Source: Chiloscyllium plagiosum (Eukaryota). From it: a DNA stretch of 64,000 bases. Positions 25,240 to 36,860 of the stretch are shown here, in pieces. The stretch lies in the NCBI RefSeq assembly GCF_004010195.1, contig NC_057749.1:9770728-9834727 (forward strand), read 5' to 3'. Every line of letters begins with the position of its first letter. The first letter of the stretch is position 1. Made by a program: the position numbers and the translations under genes. Below the pieces are notes generated by a model. That model ran no database searches and had not been told where the DNA came from. It saw only the letters and a program-made list of their open reading frames with translations.

Positions 25240-26443
25240 TACAAGATTGGAGGCTAGCAAATGTTGTTCCCTTGTTCAAGAAGGGGAGTAGGGATAACCC
25301 TAGTAACTATAGGCCTGTGAGTCTCACTTCTGTTGTGGGCAAAATCTTAGAGAGAATTGTAAGGGATAGGATTTATGAACATCCGGATAGGAATAATGTG
25401 ATCAAGGATAGTCAGCATGGTTTTGTGAAGGGCAGGTCGTGCCTCACAAACCTTATTGAATTCTTTGAGAAGGTGACTAAGGAGGTGGACGAGGGGAAAG
25501 CAGTAGAGGTGGTGTATATGGATTGTAGTAAGGCGTTTGATAAGGTTCCCCATGGTAGACGACTGCAAAAAATACGGAGGTATGGCATGGAGGGTGAGTT
25601 GGAGGTTTGGATTAGGAGTTGGCTGGCTGGAAGAAGACAGAGGGTAGTAGTTGATGGCAAAGGTTCATCTTGGAGTGCAGTTACTAGCGGTGTTCCGCAA
25701 GGATCTGTTTTGGGACCATTGCTGTTTGTCATTTTTATAAATGACCTGGAAGAGGGGTTAGAAGGTTGGGTGAGAAAGTTTGCGGATGATACGAAAGTCG
25801 GAGGAGTTATTGACAGTGAGGAAGGATGTGGCAGGTTACAGCAGGATATAGAGAAGCTGCAGAGCTGGGCAGAAAGGTGGCAAATGGAATGCAATGTAGC
25901 TAAGTGTGAGGTGATTCACTTTGGGAAGAATAACAAAAAGATGGGGTACTGGGCTAATGGTCGGATACTTGGTAGTGTGGATGAGCAGAGGGATCTTGGT
26001 GTCCATGTACACAGATCTCTGAAAGTTCCCACCCAGGTAAATAGTGCGGTGAGGAAGGCATATGGCGTACTGGCTTTTATTGGTAGAGGAATTGAGTTCC
26101 GGACTCCTGAGGTCATGATGCAGTTGTATAAGACTCTGGTACGGCCACATCTGGAATATTGTGTGCAGTTTTGGTCGCCATACTATAGGAAGGATGTTTA
26201 AATTAAGGGGGGGGGTAGGTATAGGACAGATGTTAGGGGTAGATTCTTTACTCAGCGAGTCGTGAGTTCATGGAATGCCCTGCCAGTAGCAGTGGTGGAC
26301 TCTCCCTCATTATGGGCATTTAAGCGGGCATTGGATAGGCATATGGAGGATAGTGGGCTAGTGTAGGTTAGGTGGGCTTGGATCGGCGCAACATCGAGGG
26401 CCGAAGGGCCTGTACTGCGCTGTATTCTTCTATGTTCTATGTT
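25240..26443 (+). mobile_element. Young 5'-truncated CR1 LINE with open RT domain
   Basis: 309-aa ORF 25272..26201 with NYRPVSLTS, QHGF..GRSCLTNL, SKAFDKV, GVPQGSVLGP, KFADDTK; ends in a CR1 3' UTR and (TTCTATG)n tail. Confidence 0.97.
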
Positions 26444-26804
26444 CACGGGCAATAATTGGCAGTAAAGCTGTAACTGAAGGAGTAATAATCCAAATTGTTG
26501 CAATGCACAATATGGTTTGCAACACATGGCATTAGGAGTTTCTAATGAGAAAAATCAAGATGTAATCAGGAAACTGTCATGGTTGAAGCATAATGAATGT
26601 ACAGCTAAATTGAGAAGTAATGGTTAGATACCTTAGGTTTGACCTGAAATATCTGATAACATAAAATGGATGTCAAAATTGCATGGATATTCAAAAACTG
26701 ATTGGGATAAAAATCATGAGATCATCAATTGAAGGTTGTCTTCAGTATTTTATTGTGCCCTGGATCTGTATCACATAAAGCTTGTCTCATGCCAAGGTTT
26801 TATG

Positions 26805-26915
26805 ACATAATGAAAACAAGTACTGTGAATCACAACAGGTCAGGTAGCATCCATGGAGAGCGAACAAGCTAATATTTCGAATTTGATGACTCTTCATCAG
26901 AGCTGAAGCGAAGTG
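26805..26915 (-). mobile_element. Penelope-like terminal fragment (another family) with hammerhead-like core
   Basis: On -: AGCU-CUGAUGA-A-GAGU(CAUCAA)AUUC-GAAA-UA-UU-AGCU, then the GGATGCTACCTGACCTG tail shared with 4338-4462. Confidence 0.7.
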
Positions 26916-27179
26916 AACACTTCCTCCAATGTATCTGCAAGTACATACATGGGGTAAAGGCAAGTTTGCAGGGTCAAGTGTCACTACCTAGTCTGAGTCA
27001 TAAGAGAATAATTTTTTTTTCATGGTTTTTAAAATCAATTATCATAGTAATCTGGGCAACAAATGTACCACAGGGTAGGCCTTGGAGGGAATTAGAGTTA
27101 ATTCCTTTTCAGGCTGCTTAATAGAATACCCCAAGCCTTCTGTTTTGGATACTGCACTTCTGTTTCAAGACGTGTTCAT

Positions 27180-27430
27180 TTTAGTGGGGTGAAATGGCTG
27201 GGCCTTTATTGCCCATCCCTCGTTGTTCTGGAGAAAATGTTAATGATTAGCCTACTTGTGCTGTTGAAGCCTTTGGGATGCATACAGCCACAGTGTTATT
27301 GGGAAGGGGATTTCAGGATTTTAATTCAGTAACAGTGGAGGCAAAGTAATATAAGTTCATGCGTGTGTGGCTTGGGGGGGAAACTTGTGCATAGTGATGT
27401 CTCCATGTCTGTTGCCCATATCCTTTGAGA
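27180..27430 (-). mobile_element. CR1/L2-group LINE 3' end (decayed)
   Basis: TTTATTGCCCATCCCT..., GGGATTTCAGGATTTT, shared with 32215-32760 and 33085-34230. Confidence 0.6.
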
Positions 27431-27619
27431 GAGCAATGTTTTAAAAGTTGATGTTTTACTTACAATGACAGGAGTAATATGGCTTGTGTAGGGTTCAGGA
27501 GCGACAGCAGTGAGGTCATAAGGAGTAATGAAAGCGGAGAGGGCCCAGGAGCAGGCAGATGGATGGCAGAGATGTTTCCACCAAATCAGCAAGTAGAAAA
27601 TTGAGTGACTGTAGGGTGG

Positions 27620-27800
27620 TAAGTGAATGGAATGCGCTGCCAGAGGAAGTAGTGGAGGCATTTGGATGGGTATATGAATAGAAGAGGTTTGGAGGGATAT
27701 GGGCTGGGTGCTGGCAGGTGGGACCAGATTGGGTTGGGGTATCTGGTCGGCATGGGCAGGTTGGACCGAAGGGTCTGTTTCCATGCTGTACATCTCTATA
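27620..27800 (+). mobile_element. CR1 3' UTR fragment
   Basis: GGAGGGATATGGGC..GCTGGCAGGTGGGAC...GGACCGAAGGGTCTGTTTCCATGCTGTACATCTCTAT, nearly identical to 31001-31183 and 55047-55212. Confidence 0.88.
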
Positions 27801-27949
27801 ACTTATTATAACTCGATAAATAATAGAGAACCCATTAAGGACTGTAAAATGTGGGCACAGTCCTCAATGAGTACTTTGTATTGGTCTTCACAAGTTTAAA
27901 AAAAAAGGATATAAGGATAGAGGATTTTGAAATATTAGGAAAAGTTAAC

Positions 27950-29420
27950 AGCGAAAGAAGCTACTAATGGGTTTAGCAATGTTAATTTTGGATAAATCCA
28001 TAGGCCTGACTGAGATATAACCCACATTGTTAAGAGAGGAGATATCAGGGTTCACTCAGTAATTTTCAAATTCTCTTTCAGGTGAGATGCCAGAGGACTC
28101 CTAAAATTGTCCCATGACTTAAAAAGAGATGAAGGGATAGGCCAGTTAATCTAATCTCAGGAAAATTATTAGAATGTTGAGGAACAGGATATATTTGTAC
28201 TTGGAGTGATATCGATTAATGAGGAACGAGCTAAGGGCAGGGTTGTATTTGACACATTTGATCGGATTTCCTGAAGCTGGAATGTTAATGAGGATTACAT
28301 AATGCATTTGATGTCGTCTGCGTGGACCTTGGCAAGGCTTTTGGCAAAGTCCCTCATGGTAGGCAAGTCAAGAAAGGAAGAACCTTTGGGATCCAAGGCA
28401 AAATGGCATGTTGGATCCAAAATTGGCTGAGGGGCAGGAAGCAGAGGGTGGTGGTAGGATGTTTCTGTGACTTGATGACTGTTTTTACTGGGGTTCTGCA
28501 GCATTTGAAGCTGATGTTCTTGCTATTTTTAATGTACATTAATGATGTGGGCTGAAATGTAGGGAATATGATCAAGACGTTTGCACTTGTCACGAAAATT
28601 GGTAGAGCAGTGAATAGTGAGGCAGATTGCTTTCAACTGTAAGGGAGATAAATCGACTGATCAAGTGGGCAGAGCAGTTCTAAATGGAATTCATCCTGGA
28701 AAGGTATGAAGTAATGCACTTGGAGGGGACCAATCAGGTAAGTGATTACACTATAAATGTTGGGATTCTGGAAAGAACTGAAGATCAGGGGACCTTGATG
28801 TGCATATCCACAGATCCCTGAAGGTATTAGGGCAGGTCGATAAGATGATTATGGGTGCATTAACTGAGACATTGAATACATGAGCAGGGGGGTTAGGCTG
28901 GAACTGCATAAAACACAACACAACTGCAGTAGTGAGTGTAGTTCTGGTCACCACATATCAGAAGGATGTGATTGCCATAAGGGAGGTGTAAAAGGGTTTT
29001 ACTGAGATGCTGCGTGGGCTGGAGGGTCTGAGCTATGAGGAAAGATTGGCTAGACTGCGATTGTTTTCCTTGGAGCAGCAAAAGCTGAGAGAGATGTTTA
29101 AGATTATGAGGGGTGTAGACAGAGTGGGGGGGAGGTTCTTTTTCCTTTAATAGAGAAAACATGGGTTTACGCTAAGAGGTTGAACACTAAGAAGCAACAG
29201 AACAGAATTTGTTTCCACCAAAAGTGCAGTGGGAGCCTAGAACTCAATGTTTCAAAGAGTGGTTGAGTCAAACACAACTTGTAAGCAATATTTAGATATT
29301 CACTTGTTATAGTCTTCAAGGCTATGGATCAAGAAATAGAAAATGGGATTGGTGTAGTCAGAACTGTGGTGGACAAATGAACTCAGTGGCCATGTCCTCT
29401 GCTGTAAATGTCGTCCAGAC
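27950..29420 (+). mobile_element. Decayed CR1 LINE (RT to 3' UTR)
   Basis: DLGKAFGKVPHGR, WIQNWLRGRKQRVVV, LFLMYIND peptides; many stops and frameshifts. Confidence 0.85.
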
Positions 29421-30935
29421 TTTAATCTCCTAATTGAAAGATGAAAAAATATTTGCAAGTGCTTTTGGTGTCATAGCTTGACAGATATTTAAAGCTGAGT
29501 TTTTGGCCCACAGAGCTGAGTACACTGACATCCAATTATTCCCATTTTTCATAAACTGCTAGCAGCTGTGCATTTATTCCTCCCCCTGCAATTTATCATG
29601 ATTTTGGCACACAGTTAGCTTTTATGAAATTACCTGCACTTCGATAAAATAATCTGCAAGATGAAATCCATACACTAGCTTCTAGTCAAAGCTATTGGAT
29701 CTCATTAATTAATACCTTGAGGTAAGCAGCATGCTTTGTTTACAAACAGATATCGAGTGCTTCAATGCTATTAACTTGAGAAACACGATTGTCAAAAAGC
29801 ACAGTACAGTAGAGGTCAGAGTCTACATCCTCAGTAAATGCTGCAGAACAATTAATATTCTGAAAAACAAATCTCGACATCATAATCCATTGTTTTGTTT
29901 CACAGTAGGATGTCTTAAGATTTACAATAATACTGTCTTGTTTTGTTTGCTCCTGTCATTTTCAATACTGGATTTGTTAACAGGTGTAGATTAGACTGTA
30001 AGAATTCCTGTACACTTAAAAGTTTCTCATGTATTTTGTGACCCTAAGTTTCCACTGTTGCAAAGGGCCTTAGTGTTTTTAAGTGATTTACACATTTTCA
30101 CTTTTTATGCTTATTATCAGTCTAAAAGTCTAAATAATTACTGACCCCATGATAAAGCAATTTCAATGGTCATTGACTTTGAAATTAAAAATAACAAGTA
30201 TCTTTGTTTGAATGGTTTGTGTACTTTAATCGATTTTTTTGAACAGCCATAATTGCAGAGCGACAAATGTGGTTGATTTTCAACTTTGCACAGTTGCTTT
30301 GATAAGTTGAATCCTTGATATTTGCATAACTCCAATTTGAATTTTACAAGAACCATTACATTAAGAAACAACATTTGATGAAAATGCTCTGCCTGGATTT
30401 TAGTTTAGCTTGCAGAGTGTTTTTACACACCCATTCTCACCCAAGCTCCATTTTTGTTTTGGGATGTACTTCAGTTGTCCCTTTCCTCAAGCAATTAACT
30501 GAGATCACAATACAACAATGAAGGCTGAATCTTATACTATACGTGTTTCGTATTGGTACAAAACCAATGTGATTAGAAGCCGGATGAAACTTTGTTTTCA
30601 GTTTGAACATCCTGTAATGACTCTGTAGTCACAGATTGCTGAATCGAGTCTGCAAAGTGTTTTAATGTGAAGGCACTTTGTGGTTGGATCTTTCATTCTT
30701 CAGTGCATGATTATATCTTTAAATGCTGAGCACTGTAAATTATCTAAATTGCATCATGATATGTGCCTCGAGGAGCCAGTGTTTAAAAATATCTAAATTG
30801 AATTCCTGAGAATTTGAGTTTCTCTTTGTTTGATGGTGCTCACTACCTTCCTATACGGATGCAGTATCACCTTATCCAAACCCAATCAAATTGAACATGG
30901 ATTAGCATAAGCTATATATTAGGTAAAATACTGCA

Positions 30936-31900
30936 GAGTCATAGAGATATCCAGCATAGAAACAGACCCTTCGGTCCAATTCGCCTATGCCAACCAGAAA
31001 GAGGATGTGGTCGAGGCTGGTACAATTGCAACATTTAAGAGGCATTTGGATGGGTATATGAATAGGAAGGTTTTGGAGGGATATGGGCCGGGCGCTGGCA
31101 GGTGGGACTAGATTGGGTTGGGATATCTGGTTGGCGTGGACGTGTTGGACCGAAGGGTCTGTCTCCATGCTGTACATCTCTATGAAGCTATGTACCAGCC
31201 ATTGACCCATATCCCTCAAAAGCCTTCCTATACCCATCTAGATGCCTTTTAAATGTTGTAATTGTACCAGCCGCCACCACTTCCTCTGACAGCTCATTTC
31301 CATGCATGCACCACCCTCTGTTTAAAAAAAAAGTTAACCTTCAGGCCCATTTTAAATCTTCCCCTCTCACCTTAAACCTGTGCCCCCTAGTTTTGGACTC
31401 TCCAACTCTAAGAAAAAGACCTTGACTATTCACCCTATTACAGCCATCATGATTTTTAAAATCCCTCAGCCTTCGACGCTCCAGGTTTAAAAAAGAGCCC
31501 CAGACTCTTCAGCCCCTCCCTATTGCTCAAACCCCTGAGTCCTGTCAACATTCTTGTAAATGTTTTCTGCACCTTCAAGTTTAACAGCATCCTTCGTATA
31601 GAAGGTGACCAGAATTGTATGAAGTATTCTAAAAGTGGTCTCATCAATGTCCTGTAATGACATTGCAACTCCTTTTTTCCATGTTCTGAACAATTAAGTC
31701 AAAAGTGCCAAATACCTCTTTCATTACCCTGTTTACCTGTGACTCCACTTTCAAGGAACTATGCATCTTCTTCCCTTGGCTTCTCTACTTGGCAACACTC
31801 CCCAGGGTCCTATCATTAAGTGTACAAGACCTGCCTTGACTTGTCTTACCAAAATACAACACCTCACATTTAACTAAACTTCATCTACCACTCTGCCCAT
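30936..31900. mobile_element. CR1 3' fragment (-) containing a same-family 3' fragment (+) at 31001-31183
   Basis: The minus-strand 3' UTR starts at 30936, is interrupted by the + copy, and resumes near 31190 through RT peptides (YRTLMRPLLEY.IQFWSP). Confidence 0.85.
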
Positions 31901-32214
31901 TTGCCTATTTAAGGCCTGCCTCCAATACGGCAGTGATATGTCTGACCATACCCTAAGACATTGAAAGCCTTCATCTACACTGCCTGTCAGTCACATCATG
32001 GAGGCAGAACCTGCTCCATTGACTCTTCACTCAGGATAGTATCTTACCTTGAGCGCTGATCTGCCTCCACTTGGCTGGCCAGGCCAGGAGAGCGGAGAGA
32101 ACCCAGACACACGTGCTATTCCTCTTTCTCAGCCACTTCACTCCCACCTTCCCTGAGCTCACCCCAGCTCTCAACTCCATGAAATTTCAACCTGATTTTG
32201 ATTTTTTTAAAAAT

Positions 32215-32760
32215 TCAGTCATGGAACATGGGCATAGCTGGATCAACCAACATTTATTGCCCATCCCTAGTTGCCCTTGAGAAGATGGTGATGAGCTGCC
32301 CTCTTGAATGTTGATTCACCCGCAATGCCCTTATGGAGGGAATTCCAGGATTTTGACCCAGAGGCACTGAAGGAGCAGCAATATATGAATGGTGAGTGGC
32401 TTGGAGGGGAACTTGCAGCTGCTGGTGTTCCCATGTGTCTGGTGCCCTTGCCCTCCTCGATGGAAATGGTTGTGGGTTTGGAAGGTGTTGTCTGAGAATC
32501 TTTGAATTTCTGCAGTGCATCTTGTGCATAGTAAACACTGCTGCTACTTAGCGTCAGTGGTGAGGGGAGTGGATATTTGTGGATGTGGTGTCAATCAAGC
32601 AGCCTGCTTTGTCTTGGATGGGGTCAAGCTTGAGTGTTGTTAGAGCTGCACTCATCAAGGCAAGACTTGGGGAGTCAGGATGTGAGTTATTTGCTGCAGA
32701 ATTTCTAGCCTCTGACCTGCTCTTATATCTACTGTACTTATGTGGTGATTCCAGTGCAGT
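32215..32760 (-). mobile_element. CR1/L2-group LINE 3' fragment
   Basis: ORF-track peptides (TTLKLDPIQDKAGCLIDT.STNIHS.HH; KMHCRNSKILRQHLPNP) and the TTTATTGCCCATCCCTAGTTGCCCTTGAGAAG end. Confidence 0.75.
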
Positions 32761-33084
32761 TTCTTGATATGCATAACAAAGAAAGCCAAACATAGTTTGT
32801 TTGTACAGTGAAAATATGTAATGTTATACAAAACAGGTATTGAATGTTGGCATTTATATTAAGTTTAAATATACCAATCATATAAAATTAAGATTCACTC
32901 CTACAGAATCTTGGTCTAATCTTATTGGCATTGTTTTTACCACCTCAGTGAATATCCACAATATACATCAAGGAATCAACAGAAAGTTAGAAGGCAAGTT
33001 GTATGAACTTGGAACATTGGGAGGGTGATCCCACTGAAGTGCCTAAAGTGATGGAAACCTTTGGTACACTGAAGAGAAACTTAG

Positions 33085-34230
33085 TTTATTCATTCAAGGG
33101 ATGTGGACAGCCTTTGTTGCCCATCCCCAACTTTTCTTCAGGTGAGTGCAGGGACACTCACAGTGATGTTAAGAAAGGAGTTCCAGAATTTTTGGCACAG
33201 TATTTTTCCAAGTCTCTTGGAGAGGAACTTTCAGGCAGTGGTGTTGCCATGCACCTGCTGCCCATATCGTTTGTAACAGTTGCTGATTTGGAAGATCCTG
33301 TCAAGAGTCTTGGTGAACTGTTGAAGTATGTTTTGTGGATGCCTACACATAACTGCCTTTGTCCATTACTTGTAAAATTTTGAGTGGTGAATGGGGGACC
33401 AGTCAATCAAGTTGCTTTGTCCAGGAGGAGTTGAGCTGCTTGTTGTTTAAATATGCATGCATCCAGGCAAATGGAGAGAATTTTGTCACACTTCTGATGT
33501 GCCTCATAGAGACAGACAGAAGGTGAGCTACAGAATTCCCACCTTCTGACCTGCATTTGCAACCATAAAATTTTAAGTGGCTTCTCATTTGTCATTTTCA
33601 GCATGTGGATAGGCAATTTATCATTGATAATGATATTGAATGACAAAAGGGCATGGTTAAATTGTGCCTTATTAGAGGCATCATTGACAGGTACTGTTGG
33701 AGAGCAAACCGTACTTACCACTTGTCAGCTTGAGTATTGATGTTTTTCAAGTCTTGCTGCATATGGACTTAGCTTTGTTATGTAAAGAATAGCAAATGGT
33801 GCTGAACGTCATGCTCTATCTGTGCATATCCCCATTTCTGACTGGATGATGGGAAGGAAAGTCATCAGTGACGAAGCTGAAGATGATTTGGGTCACAGGC
33901 AGTTTCTGAAGTGATATCCTGTGGCTGAGATAATTGACCTCCAACAACCATAATTATGTTCCCTTGTGTTAGATATACCAACCAGCAGTGACTGCTCCCC
34001 CAATTCCCAGTAAACGCAGTTTTGCTGGGGTCCTTGATGTCACACTCAGCCAAATGTTGCCTTAATGTCAAGGGCAGTCACTCTCTTACTTCCACTCTAG
34101 GGTTCAACTCTTCTAGAACTCAAACTGAATTAAGAAAAAAGGTTTTAAGTAACTGCTGCTTGGTAGCACAGCTAATGAACGCTTCCATCATTCAGCTGAA
34201 GGTCAATCCACAGCAGCGACTTGTGGAAAT
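33085..34230 (-). mobile_element. CR1/L2-group LINE fragment (decayed)
   Basis: RT-like YLTQG..IMVVGGQLSQPQDIT and DIK..; same family as 23990-24790. Confidence 0.7.
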
Positions 34231-34802
34231 GGAAGCCAATTCTGCAAATGTTCTTGGCATACTAATTGCTGGTCGTGGACCCTCAGTACAGGTGTACCTT
34301 AAAGGCAACATTGCTAGATAGATACCTATGCTGTAGCCAATTTGGGAAGCTGTCCAGTTACGTTTTTTATGAACCAGACCAAATTCCCTCCAAATAAATC
34401 AACGAGAAAGCCTAGACCCATATTTTTTCTTTTATTTAAAGGCAAGTGTAATGCACTGTGTTCCAGATGTGATTCGACTGGTCCATCACTAGGCTTTAAG
34501 TAAAACACATTTTTCTTGCAACAAACTTAAATTACAAGCAAACAAAATGAAGAATTGGCATAACTATTGAAATACTTAATAAAACAATATATTATTTAAA
34601 TACTAATCATCATCTGTTCCAAGAAAGCAGCATGCCATAGACATACTTCTGGCCAAGGCAAGTTCGGGAAAACAGATTTTCCTCGCATGCTATCATTCTT
34701 CCAGTCCAGGAGAAAGAAGCACTGAAAGAAACTGATAGGATGGTAAATGGCTGGTTTGGAATTATCCCTTTTGCAGAACATTGTGTTGATACCACTTAAA
34801 GT

Positions 34803-35125
34803 GGGTGGCACGGTGGCACAGTGGTTAGCACTGCTGCTTCACAGAGCCAGAGATCCGGGTTCAATTCCCGCCTCAGGCGACTTACTGTGTGGAGTTTGCA
34901 CATCCTCCATGTCTGTGTGGGTTTCCTCCAGGTGCTCCGATTTCCTTCCACAATCCAAAAAAATATGTGCAGGTTAGGTGAATTGGCCATGTTAAATTGC
35001 CCGTAGTGTTAGGGGAGGGGTAAATGTAGGGGAATGGGTCTAGGTGGGTTTCGCTGCGGTGGGTCGCTGTGGATTTGTTGGGCCGAACGGCCTGTTTCCA
35101 CACTAAGTAATCTAATCTAATCTAA
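34803..35125 (+). mobile_element. HE1-type (V-SINE) shark SINE, full length
   Basis: GGTGGCACGGTGGCACAGTGGTTAGCACTGCTG head, B box GGTTCAATTCC, V-domain core, TAATCTAATCTAATCT tail. Confidence 0.93.
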
Positions 35126-35414
35126 AGAGAGATTTATTCTGTGCTTTTTCTCTTGTGAATCAGTGTTGCCACAGTGGTAGTGGAATATCTGCTTCAGAAG
35201 CAGTGGGTCAATAGCTTTGAGCTTCCTCAGTGACTTTTTTTAAAATTAGTGGGTGGAGTCAGGCTCACAGGCCCAGGGTTTTGGTTTTGCTTTCAGTTGG
35301 GTTTTGGAGTTAACTGTTGAAGGTAATAGATATAGCTGCCTGATGCACAAAAAGCTTGAGTTCTCTCTCTCCTGCTAGATTTTTTTTCGGCTCTGGTTAT
35401 CTTCTTTGAAGCAG

Positions 35415-35765
35415 AGAAGGCTGAGGGTGTGGGGCCTGATTGAGGCATACAAAATTAGGAGTATCATGGCATGTACTGGGTGGATAGCGAATGGGTTGTC
35501 TCCCTTAGTTGAAGGGTCCATAATGAGGGGGCATAATTTTAAGGTTTAGAGGGGATTTGAGGAAAACCTATTTCACCCAAAGGATGTTGGCATTCTGTAA
35601 TGCACAGCCATGTAGAGCTGGCAAACTTCAGATTTTAAAAAGTGCATGAATGAGCATTTGAATTGTCATAATCTTCAAGACTAAGGGCTAAATAACGGAT
35701 TGGTATAGATAGGTTGGCATGGACTCAATGGACCTAAGGGCCTCTTCTGTGCTGTATGATTCTAG
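35415..35765 (+). mobile_element. Decayed CR1 3' fragment
   Basis: GAAGCAGAGAAGGCTGAGGG..CTGATTGAGGCATACAAAATT...GGGCCTCTTCTGTGCTGTATGATTCTA. Confidence 0.75.
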
Positions 35766-36499
35766 ACTTTAAAGGAGCAGTGGAAATCTGGAACGTGACT
35801 TCTTAAACGTTGTGAATGTTGGGTCAATTTATATTTTCAGCGCTTGAGCAGATTGATACACATCCCATGAGATACACAAATAATACAAAGGCATATAAAT
35901 AGAGATTAAGCACTCATCAATCATAATTTGATTGGTGGAGTAACTTTCGTTCCTGCATGACACCAGGTAAATGAATCAGATGTGTACAGTTAGAAATTCA
36001 AGTTTTGAATGTACGCTAGATTAGTAGAAATAAAAGTGGGCTTGTACTTTATCCTTGGATTATCCCAAGAGTGAATTGCTTTCGAAAATGTAATCACTGT
36101 TGTGTAGGCTAAGATGACATTTATATTTGGCTAGCAGTTAGTGCAAATTCCAGAATGGCTTTTTTTCTGTTGATGGCCTATCTTGTACCTTACCAAAATT
36201 TAAGAGATTGAAACATCAGTTGTTTAGGTGAACTGAAATAAATTAAGCCTCTCATAAGCACCTCTGCGTGCCCCTCATTTGTAGGGCACTCCATAAACCC
36301 TACGTCTTTGACAGGTGTTTGGTTATCTGTCCTAATATGCAGGTTCTTGTCAAATTTTCTTTTATAATTCTGCTATGACGCACCTTTAGACAATTTGCTA
36401 TCTTAATAGAGACCGTATAAATGGTATGTTTTTGAAAAATAAAGTACTACTGAGCTGCACTACGCTCTGTGATAGGCAGTTTTTACAGTGCATTATCTC

Positions 36500-36860
36500 A
36501 TAGAGTCATATAGCATGGAAACATACCCTTCAGTCCATGCTGACCATAATCCCAAACTAAACTAGTCCCACCTGCCTGCGTTATGCTTGTATCCCTCCCA
36601 AAATTTCTTATTCATATACTTATGTAATAATTGTCTTTTAAATATTGTAAATATATCCACATCTTCCACTTCCTTTGGAAGTTTATTCCATATATGAACC
36701 ACTGTTTTAAAAAGTTGCCTCATGTCTTTTTTCAAAATGTTTCTCCTCTCACCTTAAAAATATGTCCTCAGCCTTGAAATCCCCCACCCAAGGGAAAAAC
36801 ACCTGCTATTTGTCTTATCCATACCCCTTGTTTATTAATGTTTATAAGGTCCCCTCTCAA
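36500..36860 (-). mobile_element. CR1 3' fragment
   Basis: CATAGAGTCATATAGCATGGAAACATACCCTTC... is the reverse complement of the CR1 3' UTR. Confidence 0.8.

Noticed and set aside
25272..26201. 309-aa reverse transcriptase as a host gene, retron or DGR-like system
   Set aside because: Typical CR1 ORF2 fragment followed by a CR1 3' UTR and tail, with many decayed relatives in the window.
34803..34875. tRNA genes (also at 8500-8570, 44400-44475, 62840-62895)
   Set aside because: tRNA-derived SINE heads with A/B boxes that continue into SINE bodies; no full cloverleaf.
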